Positions 24,327 through 37,255 of a DNA stretch of 64,000 nt are shown here, piece after piece. This stretch comes from Iphione sp. A-MEVVRFRX5 (lineage: Eukaryota), in contig OZ320319.1 of NCBI GenBank assembly GCA_976226885.1, forward strand, positions 47,368,001 to 47,432,000, read 5' to 3'. The first letter of the stretch is position 1. The number at the start of each line of letters is the position of its first letter. The position numbers and the translations under genes were made by a program. The notes below the pieces were generated by a model that did not search any database, was not told the origin of the DNA, and worked only from the letters and a program-made list of their open reading frames with translations.

Positions 24327-25649
24327 AGGGACGGAGACAGAGACAGAGAGACAGGGACAGAGACAGAGGCAGAAAGATCCTGTAAAATCATATTAAACAA
24401 CGCTAGTCTGCCTTCTGTAATAGATCACCTCTGGTTTTAACAGAATATTGAAAGGCAAAATTAAACATAGAGGATATAGCAAACGCAGTTCTAGAAGGTT
24501 CAGTTATTCAAATAGGACCATGATTAGTTTTTTCCAGTCAAGGCCTACACCTAGACAAAGGATTATATCTAGAGCACTACGAGCAGTTTGCTTCGTTTCT
24601 TTGTAGCCCTGATCCACACGAGACAGTATAGTGCTATCTTGATATGAGGATATCAGCAGATACTGTGCGCACTGTGATTTTCTTTTAAATAAAAAGAAAT
24701 TGTTTTATTATTGATGGGATAGGAAAAAAACACATGACAGAGTTAGCGCATTCGCACCTGGGTTCTACACTGACTACTCTACCACGTGCGCAACATCAAA
24801 ATATAAATGAAATATTATAATGTATATTATTATGTATATATATATACATTTACTAGGACAATGGCTTTTTATCTATCTGCATTTCTACTTAGTCTCATTG
24901 ATGTGCATTTTATATTGTATAAATATATTCCATTTTGTGTACTACACTGTTTCGTATAATTCGATATACATGTACATGCACATGTAGGAATATATTGGAC
25001 AAACCATTTGTTGGGATCATACTTTGGAATTAAAAAACAACACAATAATCATCATGTAGGCAAAAAATATCCAGGTGTATATGGGTATCCCGAGTGTATT
25101 GCATTGAATTAAATTCTGTCCTCCTCCAAAAATCGGGATATAAAAACCACTCGTGTAGTATGAATTGTCTTTTGAACTCTATAATGGGCTGTTTTTTCAG
25201 GTCGGCGTTTCATACAGCAAAGGTTTCTAGATGAAGATCACATGTCAGCTTTTAAAGGCCTTCGCGGTTCGCACACAATCACACAGGGCCTTTTCAGAGA
25301 TCGAATTACGGGTGTGTGGACAATATGTGAATGCTTGCCAAATGCCGCCAGGGGCTCTGATTGCCCGTAGCTTAATTGATTATTGTCAGGTCGGGCCATT
25401 AGAAGAAGTGAAGAGGTTGTGGTTTGGTGGGCACACATCTTCACCTGTGCCCGCTGGTTGAGTGGCTAGGTGTTGAATGACGACAGTCGGAGGATGGCTC
25501 TGCGGATATATTGAACAACACCTGGTACTAGGGTTATTACCCTATCGAGTACATACCTGTGGCACCTACCTGATATTTCCAACAGGTAAAAAAAAGGATT
25601 CAGACATGATATCTCCAGTTTGTCAAAAGAAACAAGAATTCTGGTATCT

Positions 25650-25976
25650 CAGCCCCCCCTGAAAATAGGTGTTTCTTGTTATGACCAGGGAAATCTTGTT
25701 TAAAAATCTTTTAAAACTTTGTTCCTCTGGTTTTTAACACTAATAAAGACAATATGAAGAATTTGGGCCAATTTGCATGAGGTTTACAATTTTCCTGCTG
25801 AATTTCCATGGGTTTTGTTCTTTTTCTACTGAATTCAGCAAAAACATGTGACGTGAAAACATGCATGTAAGGAAATTGCAGCCTTGGGAACTTTGGGGGG
25901 CAAACAATTTTTAGGTATGGTGAGGTTTTAGTAGGTAGCGGTGGGTAACCAGGAACACGCCTATTTTTTGGCCTCA
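25650..25976. mobile_element. Probable small MITE with imperfect terminal inverted repeats
   Basis: The left end AAAATAGGTGTTTCTTGTTA resembles the reverse complement of the right end (AAAATAGGCGTGTTCCTGGTTA). Its termini and GGTAGG motif resemble the element at 60278. Confidence 0.4.
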
Positions 25977-28900
25977 ATACTCGGTAGGTGATATGCAATC
26001 TGGACTACACCTTTGTTCCCACAACCTTTTTGGGCCTCGTAGATGAAATGTAGTGATTTGTGTTTAAAAAATAACCTAAATAAGAGGCAAGGTTGGGGTT
26101 CCAGTGTCCTACTTCCGGGCAGAAATAACGGCAAGCGTTGACAGTCATGATGTCTCAGCATGATGCATATAAACTAAAGGTTTAAAGTGACAATGAAAAA
26201 GGAGTCAATAAATTCATTTTAAAATGTAATCAAAAGACCTTCGAGATTCAATGGCGTTATGTCATCGACTACCTCGGCGTCGGTTGTGTAGCCATAGCGG
26301 CCAGTGCATTCGCCACAGACGTACGCAATGGGCAAGCAGCAAAATGGCCACTTACATGACAACAAATGCACGCAGCTGCGATCCATTTACGTCAGGCTCC
26401 CCTTACTATTCTTATGTTTCATTTATTGTTATCTTGTATATTTCCCCAGTCACAATGCAGTAGTACATATAGACCTCAGCTGCTCCTAGACTTTCTTCAG
26501 CCGGGCCCATTGCAAATTCTTCTTTCTGCGATATCAACTATCAAAAACGACATTTGCAATCGATGCTAAGAAGGGGCGGGAGGGCAAATATAATTGTTGA
26601 GGCGTCTAAGCGTCTGAGTTTGCTCCAGCGCATATTTCTCTGTAGCAGTGCTTCTTTGCAAAGGAGGGTGTGGCTGAATCTCACCGTGGATCAGCCAACG
26701 TAAACAGGACCCATCGGCTTTGTAGTCGGAGAAAGTATGCTTTGTTCGATGACAGTGCGTGATGTCACCCGGGGCGATCGGGCGGCGGAAATGGACATGA
26801 GTACTTACATGTGAGGCCGTGTCGCGGCACCGAGACGCCGCCAGCGGCAAGAAGACGAACTATCAGCGATGATGGGTATCAATAACAAACACGAGCTGCA
26901 TCAACTTGTCGTGATCAGCGGCTGAACTTTCAAAGCGTCGGCCTGTCAGCGCGGACGGTATTGTCCGCGGGGCAAGGAATCTGGCGGCGATTTGAATAGA
27001 CACTTCTTACGTCGACTCCGCTTTACATCTCAGCTGGCCAAGACGACGACTCCCGAGACGCCGAAATGCGGAGGCTGCTGTACGCATATCGTTGGCGCGA
27101 GCAAGTTCCGAGTCACTCGGTGCACTCAGCGACGCATCACGATTGTGTTTCAAGTTGGCATGACGACAACGCGTGAGCCACCATCTGAATCAACATATTA
27201 TACTTTGAGTACTGTATCTGATAATGGAAGCCGAGTGGCTGTTTCTTTCCTACAACCGCCCCTCTCACATGCGAGCAGACGCAGTCCCAACCTTTTTAGA
27301 GCAAATTCGCACCAAGCCAGCGTGTCTCTCAGAATCAAAGCGAGCGCGAACACCTAAAGTCTTCGACTTGCCCGAGGAGGTATGAGAGATTGAGGAACGA
27401 CAAGCACACCAGCAAAAAGACACAAATGCATGTACTTTTAACTCGATCACTTTTCCTTTTACGTTTATGCGGTTGGCAGTGCAACCTTTTAGCAAACGAG
27501 AACATCGCGCCTGCCGTGCAAAATATTCATGTCCATCACTAATGCTGAGCCGTTTCATATTTTTATAAAGGCAATTGTTTTGTCTGGTAATGAAAAGGAA
27601 GAGAAATAAGGAGAGGGAGAGTGGAGGGGATAAAGGGAGAGAGGCAGTGAAAAGCATCTAATGGCTGAGATCCTAATACATTGTATTTTCAAACATACAC
27701 AGCTGCCACCATGTGGTTTTAACTCAAACCACGCTCTCACCTCCCAGTCTCGCAGGAATTTTTGGTCGTAGTTAGCAGTGGGCTGTATAATCTTTATCTT
27801 TTTCTCACCCCAGTAATGTATATATCCTCAGTGTAAATGGACAGGTACATGTACATGTACGTACACGCACATGGGTACAGTCCTTGCGGCTTTAGCCAAA
27901 AGTACTGTTGTCTAGTCGAATGCATCACCCACGGCCCATCTATGACGGCCCACGGCCCATCTACACAGCACATCTATTTTTGTCTCTTACTGTTGGCTCC
28001 CTGACCCGGATACAATAATCAATTAATTTCTAGCTATTATCGTTCTGTCCAAGTTAGCGCCCTCCTCATCTGGCCCTTCTGAACACAATACTACGTCGAG
28101 GCTTCAACCCATCCCTAACCATCCCCAGAAAATCGAGGTCTTCTCCGTTGCCCATTCCCTGCTGCTACAGCGCTCTCAGTGACCATTTATCATCCCAATG
28201 GTCAGGTCACGAGATGGCCATTACGAGATTCCGAGAGACCGGAAAGGCTATTAGTGTGATTGGATTATAACGAAGCTGAGCCCTGACCTGTGACCGGCCG
28301 CAGGCGCCTCCATATGGCAGGAGGATGAGGTCCCTGACCTCGATGTTGCTGCCAACCACTGAAGGGAAAAGAAATACGGCTTGACCTTATATGATTTAAA
28401 TGACCGTTTTATTTGGTTTTAATTTTCATGCCATCTTAAGCCATTCAGGAAACGTAGAGTGTAATAGGAACTGTTGGCTCTAAATACACGATAGTGTGGT
28501 AAACGTATGGTATGGTTACTGTATACCAGAAGGGTAGGGATGCTCTGGTATTTGTGTGTTAATCTGTCAGATAAGTGGTCTCAGTAAGAGTACTTTGGCA
28601 AAACTTTATGGAAAGATGCTTCATTACCCATCACATGTATTGGACAAGAACTCACCTGAAAATGAGAGTGTTCCAGGAAAGTACTTGGGATATATTGATA
28701 TATGTATATTTAACTGTTTTTAAAAAGGTAAAAAACATTATTAAATATTGGTAAACATTGTTTATTGTGAAATAACCACCGGGGCACAAGGGTATAAAAA
28801 AAGCAAGAAACCTTAATAAAAATTCAACTTGTACTCTGATACCTGTGTGGGCTTCTTGGTGAGAAGCAATGGACCGATCGCCGTATCATTCCGTTGTTCA

Positions 28901-29819
28901 CACTCATGATAAACACATCATTTTTATTTTGAGTCCATGGGAAGATTTTACAGGGTAGTAACTTCCTTGTAAATTTAGCTAGAAATACCAGCCTATAGCT
29001 CATCTTCTTTCTTAGATATTTAGCTTTCATTTGGTAAGGGTTTTATTAACATTGGACAATTAGAAGTGTTTTTTTTTGCCTGAGAAGACCCCTGTCCGCT
29101 GTATTTCACTATCAGCATGTGGCAGCTGTCGTAGTTAGACCTATGCCTCTCATAGGCACTCTACAAGTTGCACACATTGTTGTAGTTCATTTTGCATCGT
29201 AATGACATAAAAAGGCGATCGGTCCACTGCTCCGAAGTTGCCTCTCATTGCTAGTTTAAACACTTAATTGCTGTATTTTGCTGGCAGCGATGGAATCCTT
29301 CTGTCATGCAAAGAAAATGGAGAAAAACTGCATGCATACAAGACAGATGAAGTATGGATAAAGAGAACAAAATCAAGATTTGGGTGACATTTTTGCTATG
29401 GAGACATGAAAGATGGGAAGCCAGACATATGCACCTGTGCCCGCCCCAGAACCAGTCCCTGCTCCTGGCCCTACTCTGGAGCTGACTGCTGTGCCTACTT
29501 TGGTACTGGCCCCATTCCTGCACCCGCACCCTCAGCTCTGGCAGCTCCACCTGTCTATCGTATGACTCCACCCACTCTACCTATGATGCTCCTGATTCAC
29601 CGCACCAACCACAGACATTGGCCTGGTCAGTGTCCACTTAAACCAAAACTAGAATCATCCAATTCCTCCGAGGAAGATGGGCTGGTTATGATACCTCCAA
29701 AACTGAGACTAGAGTCGAGGTTGATGCAGGAAGCCATGAAGGAGGAACCCGAGGAAAGTTCAAGACCCAAAATGGGCCAGGGAGGACGCCAGGGAGGTTA
29801 TGCTAACATTCTCCTTGCC

Positions 29820-30230
29820 TGGCATGATCTAGTCTTCTACTATGGAAACCTTTCCCTACCCATGACATTGGATTGATGAGGACGATGTAGCAAAAGCAGC
29901 TTTTAGCATGTCGAGGGGATTTTTCAAATTCAAAGTTATTCCTTTCAGCTTAGTCAATGCTCCAGCTACCTCCGAACGACTCACGGTTGAAGGTTGCCAG
30001 ACATGACTTGGACAGAGTGCTTTGTATACCTGGATGACATTTTGATAGTTGAACAAATCTTAGAGGAAGCAGGCCAACAACAAAGACTAGGACTTCTTCT
30101 TTGCATCTGCAAAGTGATGGATTCAATCGAGAGAAGTTTCTATGGTATGCAGTGTGCTTGAAAACTATTTTCTCAATGGCTGTGGTGATATGCAGTTCAG
30201 GGCCAATGAGATATCAGCAATGTCAACAGG
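29820..30230 (+). pseudogene. pol: Isolated Gypsy RT fragment
   Basis: DDVAKAAFSMSRGFFKFKVIPFSLVNAPATSERL and MTWTECFVYLDDILIV (YLDD intact). Confidence 0.8.
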
Positions 30231-30659
30231 GGATGTATAGCAATGCTAATAGAAGCTGGTAAAAATAAGGAGCACTACATACCACGTATCTGACAATGAT
30301 TTGTGGTTGTATCATACATATATTAATAACAACACAACCAACGGATGGGGATGAATAACCAGGAGTCTTTGATAACAAAAAACATAAATAGTACATACAA
30401 GAACAACAATAGAAAAAATCTTTGTAGCAAGTGATGGTAAACTTAGATGACAATGTTGCGTCATAAGGGTAGCTAGGTGAGTAAGCAAGCAAACATGTTG
30501 TTGATGGTTAATGAATATATTACTATAAATATACTATTTGATAGAGCATATATTAATAACAACACAACCAGCGGATGGGTACCAATAACCAGAAGCCTCC
30601 AAACTTCAGCTAAGAAAAGATAACATCATTAGAGGATAACATATCCTTCAAACTGACAT

Positions 30660-31440
30660 CTAAGTAGCTATAAACACAAATTGAACACCAATCCCCTTTA
30701 CTTTAATATCCCTGACAGGAATACGTTTCTCTTCTAAAAAGGTGGCACCACCTCTACGAAATGAAATATTCAGGCATCTGCACACAGCCGATAACTCATC
30801 TCTAAACATATTATAACTTAGAGTAGTAGAACCACCTTTTTGACTTGAAGGCAAACACCAACTCATCCCCTTTACCATTACTCAACAATTTTCAAGCTTT
30901 CAGAACTGTAACATCACACAGCCTACTATCAGAATAAGAGCCAATAGGCAAAATATGTTTTGAACTGTCTTTGAATGTTTTGCCTCTGCTGAGAGACAAC
31001 AAAAATCATTCTCTGTTGAACTCAACATCACACCACCTCAGGCCTCTGGACAAGGTAAACAATTCTTTTCTTAACAGACACCTAAAAGCGACCAAAATGG
31101 CACACCAGACCATCATGTCAATCTCCTGCTTAGGGAAAAGCAGTCTCAAAAGTAATGTGCTCAGGTCAATAGCTTTAGCTTTTTTCAAATATCTTTTGGT
31201 ACACCTTTTAATACCCTGCATCACTTCCTTAAACAGCAAGTTACCAGAAATGGTGATGAGGTAACCACTTGCTCTTGCGTAGTACAATACAGTAAAAAGG
31301 TACATTCCGATACTATTGTAACATTTATCCCTTGCTAAATAAGTGAGGTACATGCTCAGCTGGACTACCTTGCAAGGGAACATATCAAAATCAGTCTCTT
31401 TGCAGAAAAACTCATAACATCTCACGTGACTCTCTCGCAT
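30660..31440 (-). pseudogene. Tyrosine recombinase (phage-integrase fold) of the Ngaro/DIRS element
   Basis: YLTYLARDKCYNSIGMYL..LFKEVMQGIKR..VWCAILVAFRCLLRKE (catalytic Arg) and ISFRRGGATF (decayed H-x-x-R). Confidence 0.88.
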
Positions 31441-32310
31441 TCTCCAGGTGTTGTCTGTACCTGATTACTTCCTCAAGCCCTTCATCTCTTTCATCAGTGT
31501 AGTCTTTGGCCCTGTAAGCAAACATAAAATCCACACTACAACAACAATCCCCCACCCATTCAGTTTTCAGCAACTCAGAAAGATGTGAAATGCTGTAGCC
31601 TCTAGACAACGAATCAGCAACTATATTATCACAGCTCTTAATGTAGTCCACGTCGAATTGTAAATTACACAACAGGGCGATGACCACAGGCCACATTTCA
31701 TATACATGTATATTTATATGATTGTCGTCAAAATTATCACATGTAGGTCTGCTTTCAAAGTGCTCGTCTAGGTCATCAATACACCAGGCCTTGTTGATTC
31801 ACTTTCTGCAAAACCAATCATCATCTGACCATCCTGCAAATCGCCTTAGGATGAATCTGTAGTTATACATGCTGATGGGACTCTGTCCTTAATAATGCAT
31901 TTTTTACCACTGAATAAATCAATGAACACCATCCACCAATTCACATCACATTTTACTGCTTCAGGCACAACTCTGGTTTCCCTTGCACTCGCAATCTCAT
32001 TAATTTAACCAATTACATGTATACACGCTCCTGGTGTACGTGCGTCAACCTTTCACCACAGTTGCACAATGTGCCAACAGGCCAGCCAGCTTTTCAATAG
32101 CCTTCTTCCGAGACACTTTTGCATCATATATATCTCTCACACACTCTTTGCACTTTCCTATTTGTCCTTCGGAAGATTTAACTTCATCGTGGTTGAATCG
32201 TTAAGGATACCCAGACACTCTTCGACATTATCACATGCGTCGTGGTCTTTATCTACAATCATCCAGATAATTCATGATTTTACCACCACACTGGCAAACA
32301 AATTCAGATC
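31412..32310 (-). pseudogene. Ngaro RT C-terminus and RNase H
   Basis: ECLGILNDSTTMKLNLPKDK..KAIEKLAGLLAHCATVVKG*RTY; WMVFIDLFSG; TTDSS..GWSDDDWF; FDVDYIKSCDNIVADSLSR. Confidence 0.82.
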
Positions 32311-33219
32311 TGATCAAATCTGACAGCCTAGAAAAAATATAAGGGGCGCATGGTTGAAGACATAAAATTGTTTTACTATTTGTTAGAGCATATATATAAA
32401 CAGGGTTGTAGCTGTGTCTGTACTGCTGCGTGATTACACATCTGATGGAAACATAACACAGTTGTACAACTAGTAAATTATACCTGGAACTGGTCTGTCA
32501 GCAACCTACATGTGATCGAAACAGCACTTCATTGCAACCCTATATACATAATGTATGTACTGAATTATACTCACTGGCCAAACTGTGAATAAATATCTTA
32601 TGGGAAGTACTGGCTGGCAGTTTATGGCTTCCAAGAAAAAGATGGTGATTCTAAAGCAGATGGTTACCTGACAGGTTGCTCGTTTCACATTTGCCTTATC
32701 ACTTCCAATTATGTATGTAACATACTCCCATCACAACACTTCATAAGGAAAGCTACACTTTTTACATTCTGGTAATTTGTATATCATTGTATACGTCTTC
32801 AGGTAAATAAACAATCACAAAAAAATTCCCCCCCTCTGTTGACCGTCGGAGCAGTAAGGATTACCTTGAGAGAACGATCTCCCGGATCGAAACATCTGTC
32901 AAGTGTGCTCGTGTCAAGTTGCAAAAGTCTGCAAAGAGACAGGGAAGAGTTTACAATGGACAACGGAGGCAGTGAGAAGAAATTTCAGATTATTTGCCAG
33001 GATGGTTATATGATCTGCAATTTAAAAAGTTCAGAAGGGAAGATTTTCCATGGAGAGACAACTAATTATACTTAAAGTCATTGGATTTGGACACAAGCCA
33101 TGAGACGAAAAAGGTCACGCACCATAATCGTATTATCCATACACAGGCACAAAAGGTATTGGAAAGAGGCCTGGTCAGATTGGTATGTCCCAGACGGAGT
33201 GACAGGATGTGCATGATAT

Positions 33220-33900
33220 AAATAAAATCAGGAACCTTAGTTGTCAAGGACCGAAGAACTGTAATGCACTTAGTTGTCTTGGCTGACATAAATGGGAATG
33301 TCTAGAACATTTGGCACCAGGATGTCCTTCGGATCATTGCCTTAGATATCAAAAATGTTGCGAACGTTGTAGGCTTTGTCATGTTTATTTGATGATTCCA
33401 TCACTTGCTGGCACAGGGAGCACTGTAAATTGGAGCATTCATTGGCGCAATTCATAGATACCTAGCTCCCACAAGAGGAAGCTGTTATTTAACTCCAACC
33501 GGTGACGGGGAATAACTAGACAAGCTGGGCAAATGACATGGGTACTGCACTCCTCTGCTTCCGGGTGGACGGCTAGCCTGTCTACCTCCCTTACCTTGTT
33601 TGACTCACCAGAATCATCAAATGTTACAGGTGAAAGCAAGAGGATGTGTACCCCTGTCGCAAAGTTGTTCCTGCATCTGTTAATCGTCTATGGTGAACAT
33701 TGGATAGTTTGTGGGATGCGATTAGGGCCATTCTCGCCAATGAAGGTGGTAAAGATCACCCTCTCATGGCATTTGGGATGAAGCGTAGGCTCTGGAATGA
33801 CATATTGAATAGGAGCCGACCAGACAAGTGAAGCTCATTGACTGGGTATGTCTTTGGTGAAAATGGGAATCTGAGGATCATCAACCCCAGTATTCCATCG
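33220..33900 (-). mobile_element. Decayed LINE RT-region fragments (RTE-X-like), partly inverted
   Basis: Minus strand 33430-33900: VDDPQIP..LRFIPNA..ENGPNRIP. Plus strand ~33310-33360: DVLRIIALDIK, an RT motif in the opposite orientation. Confidence 0.45.
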
Positions 33901-34899
33901 TGTTAATGATTCCAGGCTATTACATCCCACTTTTTGCAGAGGAGTCATAGGATGAGGATTCAAGTGGGCTGTAGTTTTTGTAGGAGTGGTCAAACCAAAA
34001 CGCAAGTTCTAACACTCTAGCAGGGAAAGTGTATATTATTGCTTGGATAAATGAGCGGGAAGGGTCAGTTGGCCCATAATGGATGTCAACTTGAAATATC
34101 ATTGTGCGCATGGTCAACCCAATAAAATCTGGGTCAAGCATGTGCAGTATATGAAAACATTGTTGGTTTCCTGTTTCAAGTGAACGTGATGCATTCATCT
34201 AAAATTCTTCAAATAAATCGAAATATTGGTCAAAATGGCACCTTAGAAAATCAGAAAGGTGCATTTATGATTTATGTAAGTAAATTTCATCTTGGTTTCA
34301 TTCAAAATGATCTTATCTAGCCATATTTCAATGTAAAAAAAGCTGAGTTTAGCATCGACCGCCATTTTGATTGTGAATAAATCAAATGTGTTTGCCTCCG
34401 TTGTGTTTATAATGCCCATTCCAAGACAATATGGATGAAATTCTGAATGCAAGCTGTCAAAATGGAGAATAATGGTAATTATATCATTGTTAGAACAGTG
34501 ATTAAGTTCATTTCTCTGGAAAGGTCGCTACAACCTATCCCGGTCACCTTGGGGAGTGACTTCGTCACCTCCCCTCGGTGACCAGGATAGGTCTGGTGAC
34601 CCTTCCCTTGAAATTAACTTAATTGCTTGGACCAGAGGTTGGTATTGGTGGCTTTAATTGCCCACTGTTTCAGCCTGATAACAATTAACTGTCCATAGAC
34701 AGTAGAAACGAATTACAAACATTAACATTGTTACTTTTCTGGAATGGTTATCCTTCAACTGGAGCGACTATTTTACATATTAAATCTGTATTATTAAATA
34801 TCGACCCTTAGTGGACCTATGGGTGGACAAGTATTTACAAATCACAGGACCAGAGGTGCTCAAATGATCTGGTGTTGCTTTTAACTTTAAAATCTTCTT

Positions 34900-35350
34900 C
34901 TGACAGCCGTTTCCATGTAATGGAGTATCATAATTGTTGTCCATTTAATAAGTTATATTTTAATACTTCTAAGTCCCTTCCAGAGAGTTATTCCTTTGTA
35001 CCAAAACATCAGGTTCCAAATAGATCTTTTCTTGATACTTACTTGTACCTTTAAAAAGTGAGGAGAGCATGGTAAATGCATCGTATGGTCATCATATACC
35101 AGAATGTTACTGCGGGGATGTTCTGGTATTTGTATGTTAATCTGTAGGATAAATAGTTCTGATTGGTGTGCTCTGACCATACTTGACAGAAGGGTGGTCT
35201 ATCATCCATAAAGTGTGTTATGCCTGAATCATCCAATAATGAAAGTGTTCTGATAAAGTGCTTGATTTTTAAGATATGTTGATATATATATACTGTGCAA
35301 GTTTTAAAATAATAACAAGATACTGTTATATGTTGATAAAACATTGTCTA
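34900..35350 (-). mobile_element. Highly decayed L2/CR1 3' remnant
   Basis: KKRSIW..YKGITLWKGL resembles the L2 C-terminal 'YxGxxLWNxL' motif. Confidence 0.4.
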
Positions 35351-37027
35351 TTGCAAAATAGCCGCTAGGGTACAAGTGTATAAAAAGAACAGGAAACTTG
35401 AATGAAACATACCTGGTACTCTGACAAGCAATTACTCTTGTGGACACTCTTGTGGACATTTCTTCCTCTTTAATTAATCACTCAGAAGATGCTTATCATT
35501 TCTAGACAAACCACTTATATGCTGTGCTTCATTTCATGATATTTATGTCCTTCTAACATTAAAGTTCCAGACAGATGAATGTTGAGTTCTGAAACAAATG
35601 GGAATGATTCATACTGACAAAACATGTATCTCACTTTAATTGTACATAATTTAATGGAAATTATAAGAAATGCAGTTATCATTGTCAGATATGAGACTGT
35701 TGGTGACTGACATACAGTGAAATAATATTTATTTCCTCAGAACAGTTAAGCAGTTGTGGTTGGTTTTATGCCCATCATTTATTGAGTATCACTATGGTAT
35801 GTTTCAATGTTTCTATTTTCTTCCTTCAGAGCTAGAAGAAGAATGATAGAAATAGTCAATGATATCCGTTTGCTATTTTCCATATGAAACACCACGCTGA
35901 CATAAAACATCAGAATATGTTTATAATGAAGTCTTGGTGCGGTTGGATTGAATTAACCCGTTTTACCGTTTTTATGAGTAAGTTTAATTCATATATCGAA
36001 TGTAGACCGATGCAGATTTTTCCCTAAGAAGAGCCATTAAGGCAGCTTACAACTATACGCCTCCTCTGGTACGTCTCAATTTATTGAAATCTCATTGATT
36101 CTTGAAGAAATAAAAGTGAGATCCATGTCCAACTAAGGTGATGCTAGCTCTAAACGGACCCTAGCACTGGCTATAACCTTTTACTACATTTTATCCCTGT
36201 AACCTCATAGTGAATCAATGGTAAAAAAAGCATAAGCATTCTGGGCATAACACCCATCTACAACTATATATTTCACGAAACACCTCTTTTCCCAAGTAAA
36301 CTGTGTGGCACTTTAAGTATCCGGCGAAGTCCATCAAGCCTCGCAGTTGACTGATCGTCTAGCGCTTCGCCAATGTTCAGGTTACGTGGCTGTGGCACCG
36401 GCAACATATCACACGCTGGCCCCGAATCTCCACTCGTTCGCTCGCGGAAGCCACTCATATGGCTTCCGTCGAGTGCACTCACAATCAGTGGGATAAGCAA
36501 CCCTTCACTGTCCTGAGACATCCCACAATTAACACCATCACTGCACTATGTATATTATACAATGCTACTCGACAGGCAAAATATGGCATGCTTTTTGCAT
36601 GTTTTCCTTAAGGCACCGATTAACCGCCATGTAACTTTGGCGGTAACTTCTGTTCCATGCTAAACATTTAAAATCGGCAAGCTTCTATCTATTCGTCATG
36701 CATGCAACAATAACAATATTTCCTACGTTACATGCAGGAGGCCTTTGTCACTTATCATCGATCTATGTCTAACAATCAAATTTGTATTCCTCGAGCAAAT
36801 GTTGATCTATTGGCCTGTTTGTGCCTACATACTTATTGTGGAATAGGACCGAAACGTTGCGAGTTTTGCCTGTAATATTTATCCACCCAGAAGGAGTATG
36901 TATTCGTGTGACTGGGCTTGACGGCTTATCCATTGTACATGTTAATTTAATTCACGCAAATTTAAATAATATAATATAATACGTAATTATCTAGTGAATC
37001 AGTGCTCATTTGGAGAATTATTCTGTG

Positions 37028-37255
37028 TTTATTGGCGTGAATATCAACCCAGAGATATATATGAATTAACAAATGGAGAAGTGGTGGCTTAAGTAGAACG
37101 ACGTTTATTGGCGTGAATATCAACCCAAAGATGTTTATTAATCATCAAATGGACAAGTGGTAGCTAAAGTAGCACCACGTTTATTGGCGTGAATATCAGC
37201 CCAGAAATATTTATGAATCAACAAATGGACAAGTGGTAGCTAAAATACAACCATC
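37028..37255. repeat. Three 76-bp tandem repeats
   Basis: Units begin TTTATTGGCGTGAATATCA at 37028, 37104 and 37180. Confidence 0.92.

Larger units (their letters stand above)
30317..32320 (-). mobile_element. Ngaro/DIRS-type tyrosine-recombinase retrotransposon, 5'-truncated and decayed
   Basis: RT C-terminus, RNase H and YR occur in order on the minus strand, followed by ~48-bp direct repeats at 30317-30364 and 30547-30594. Confidence 0.85.

Noticed and set aside
24741-24775. tRNA-derived SINE head (TTAGCGCATTCGC..GGGTTCTAC)
   Set aside because: Box A and box B are too degenerate and too close together, and no cloverleaf can be formed.
36273-36521. Minus-strand ORF ending LLGKRG as a neuropeptide precursor
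   Set aside because: It has a single GKR, no signal peptide, no repeated peptides and no convincing splice sites.
36609-36616. TAAGGCAC as miR-124
   Set aside because: Only the seed region matches; the rest of the mature sequence and a hairpin are absent.
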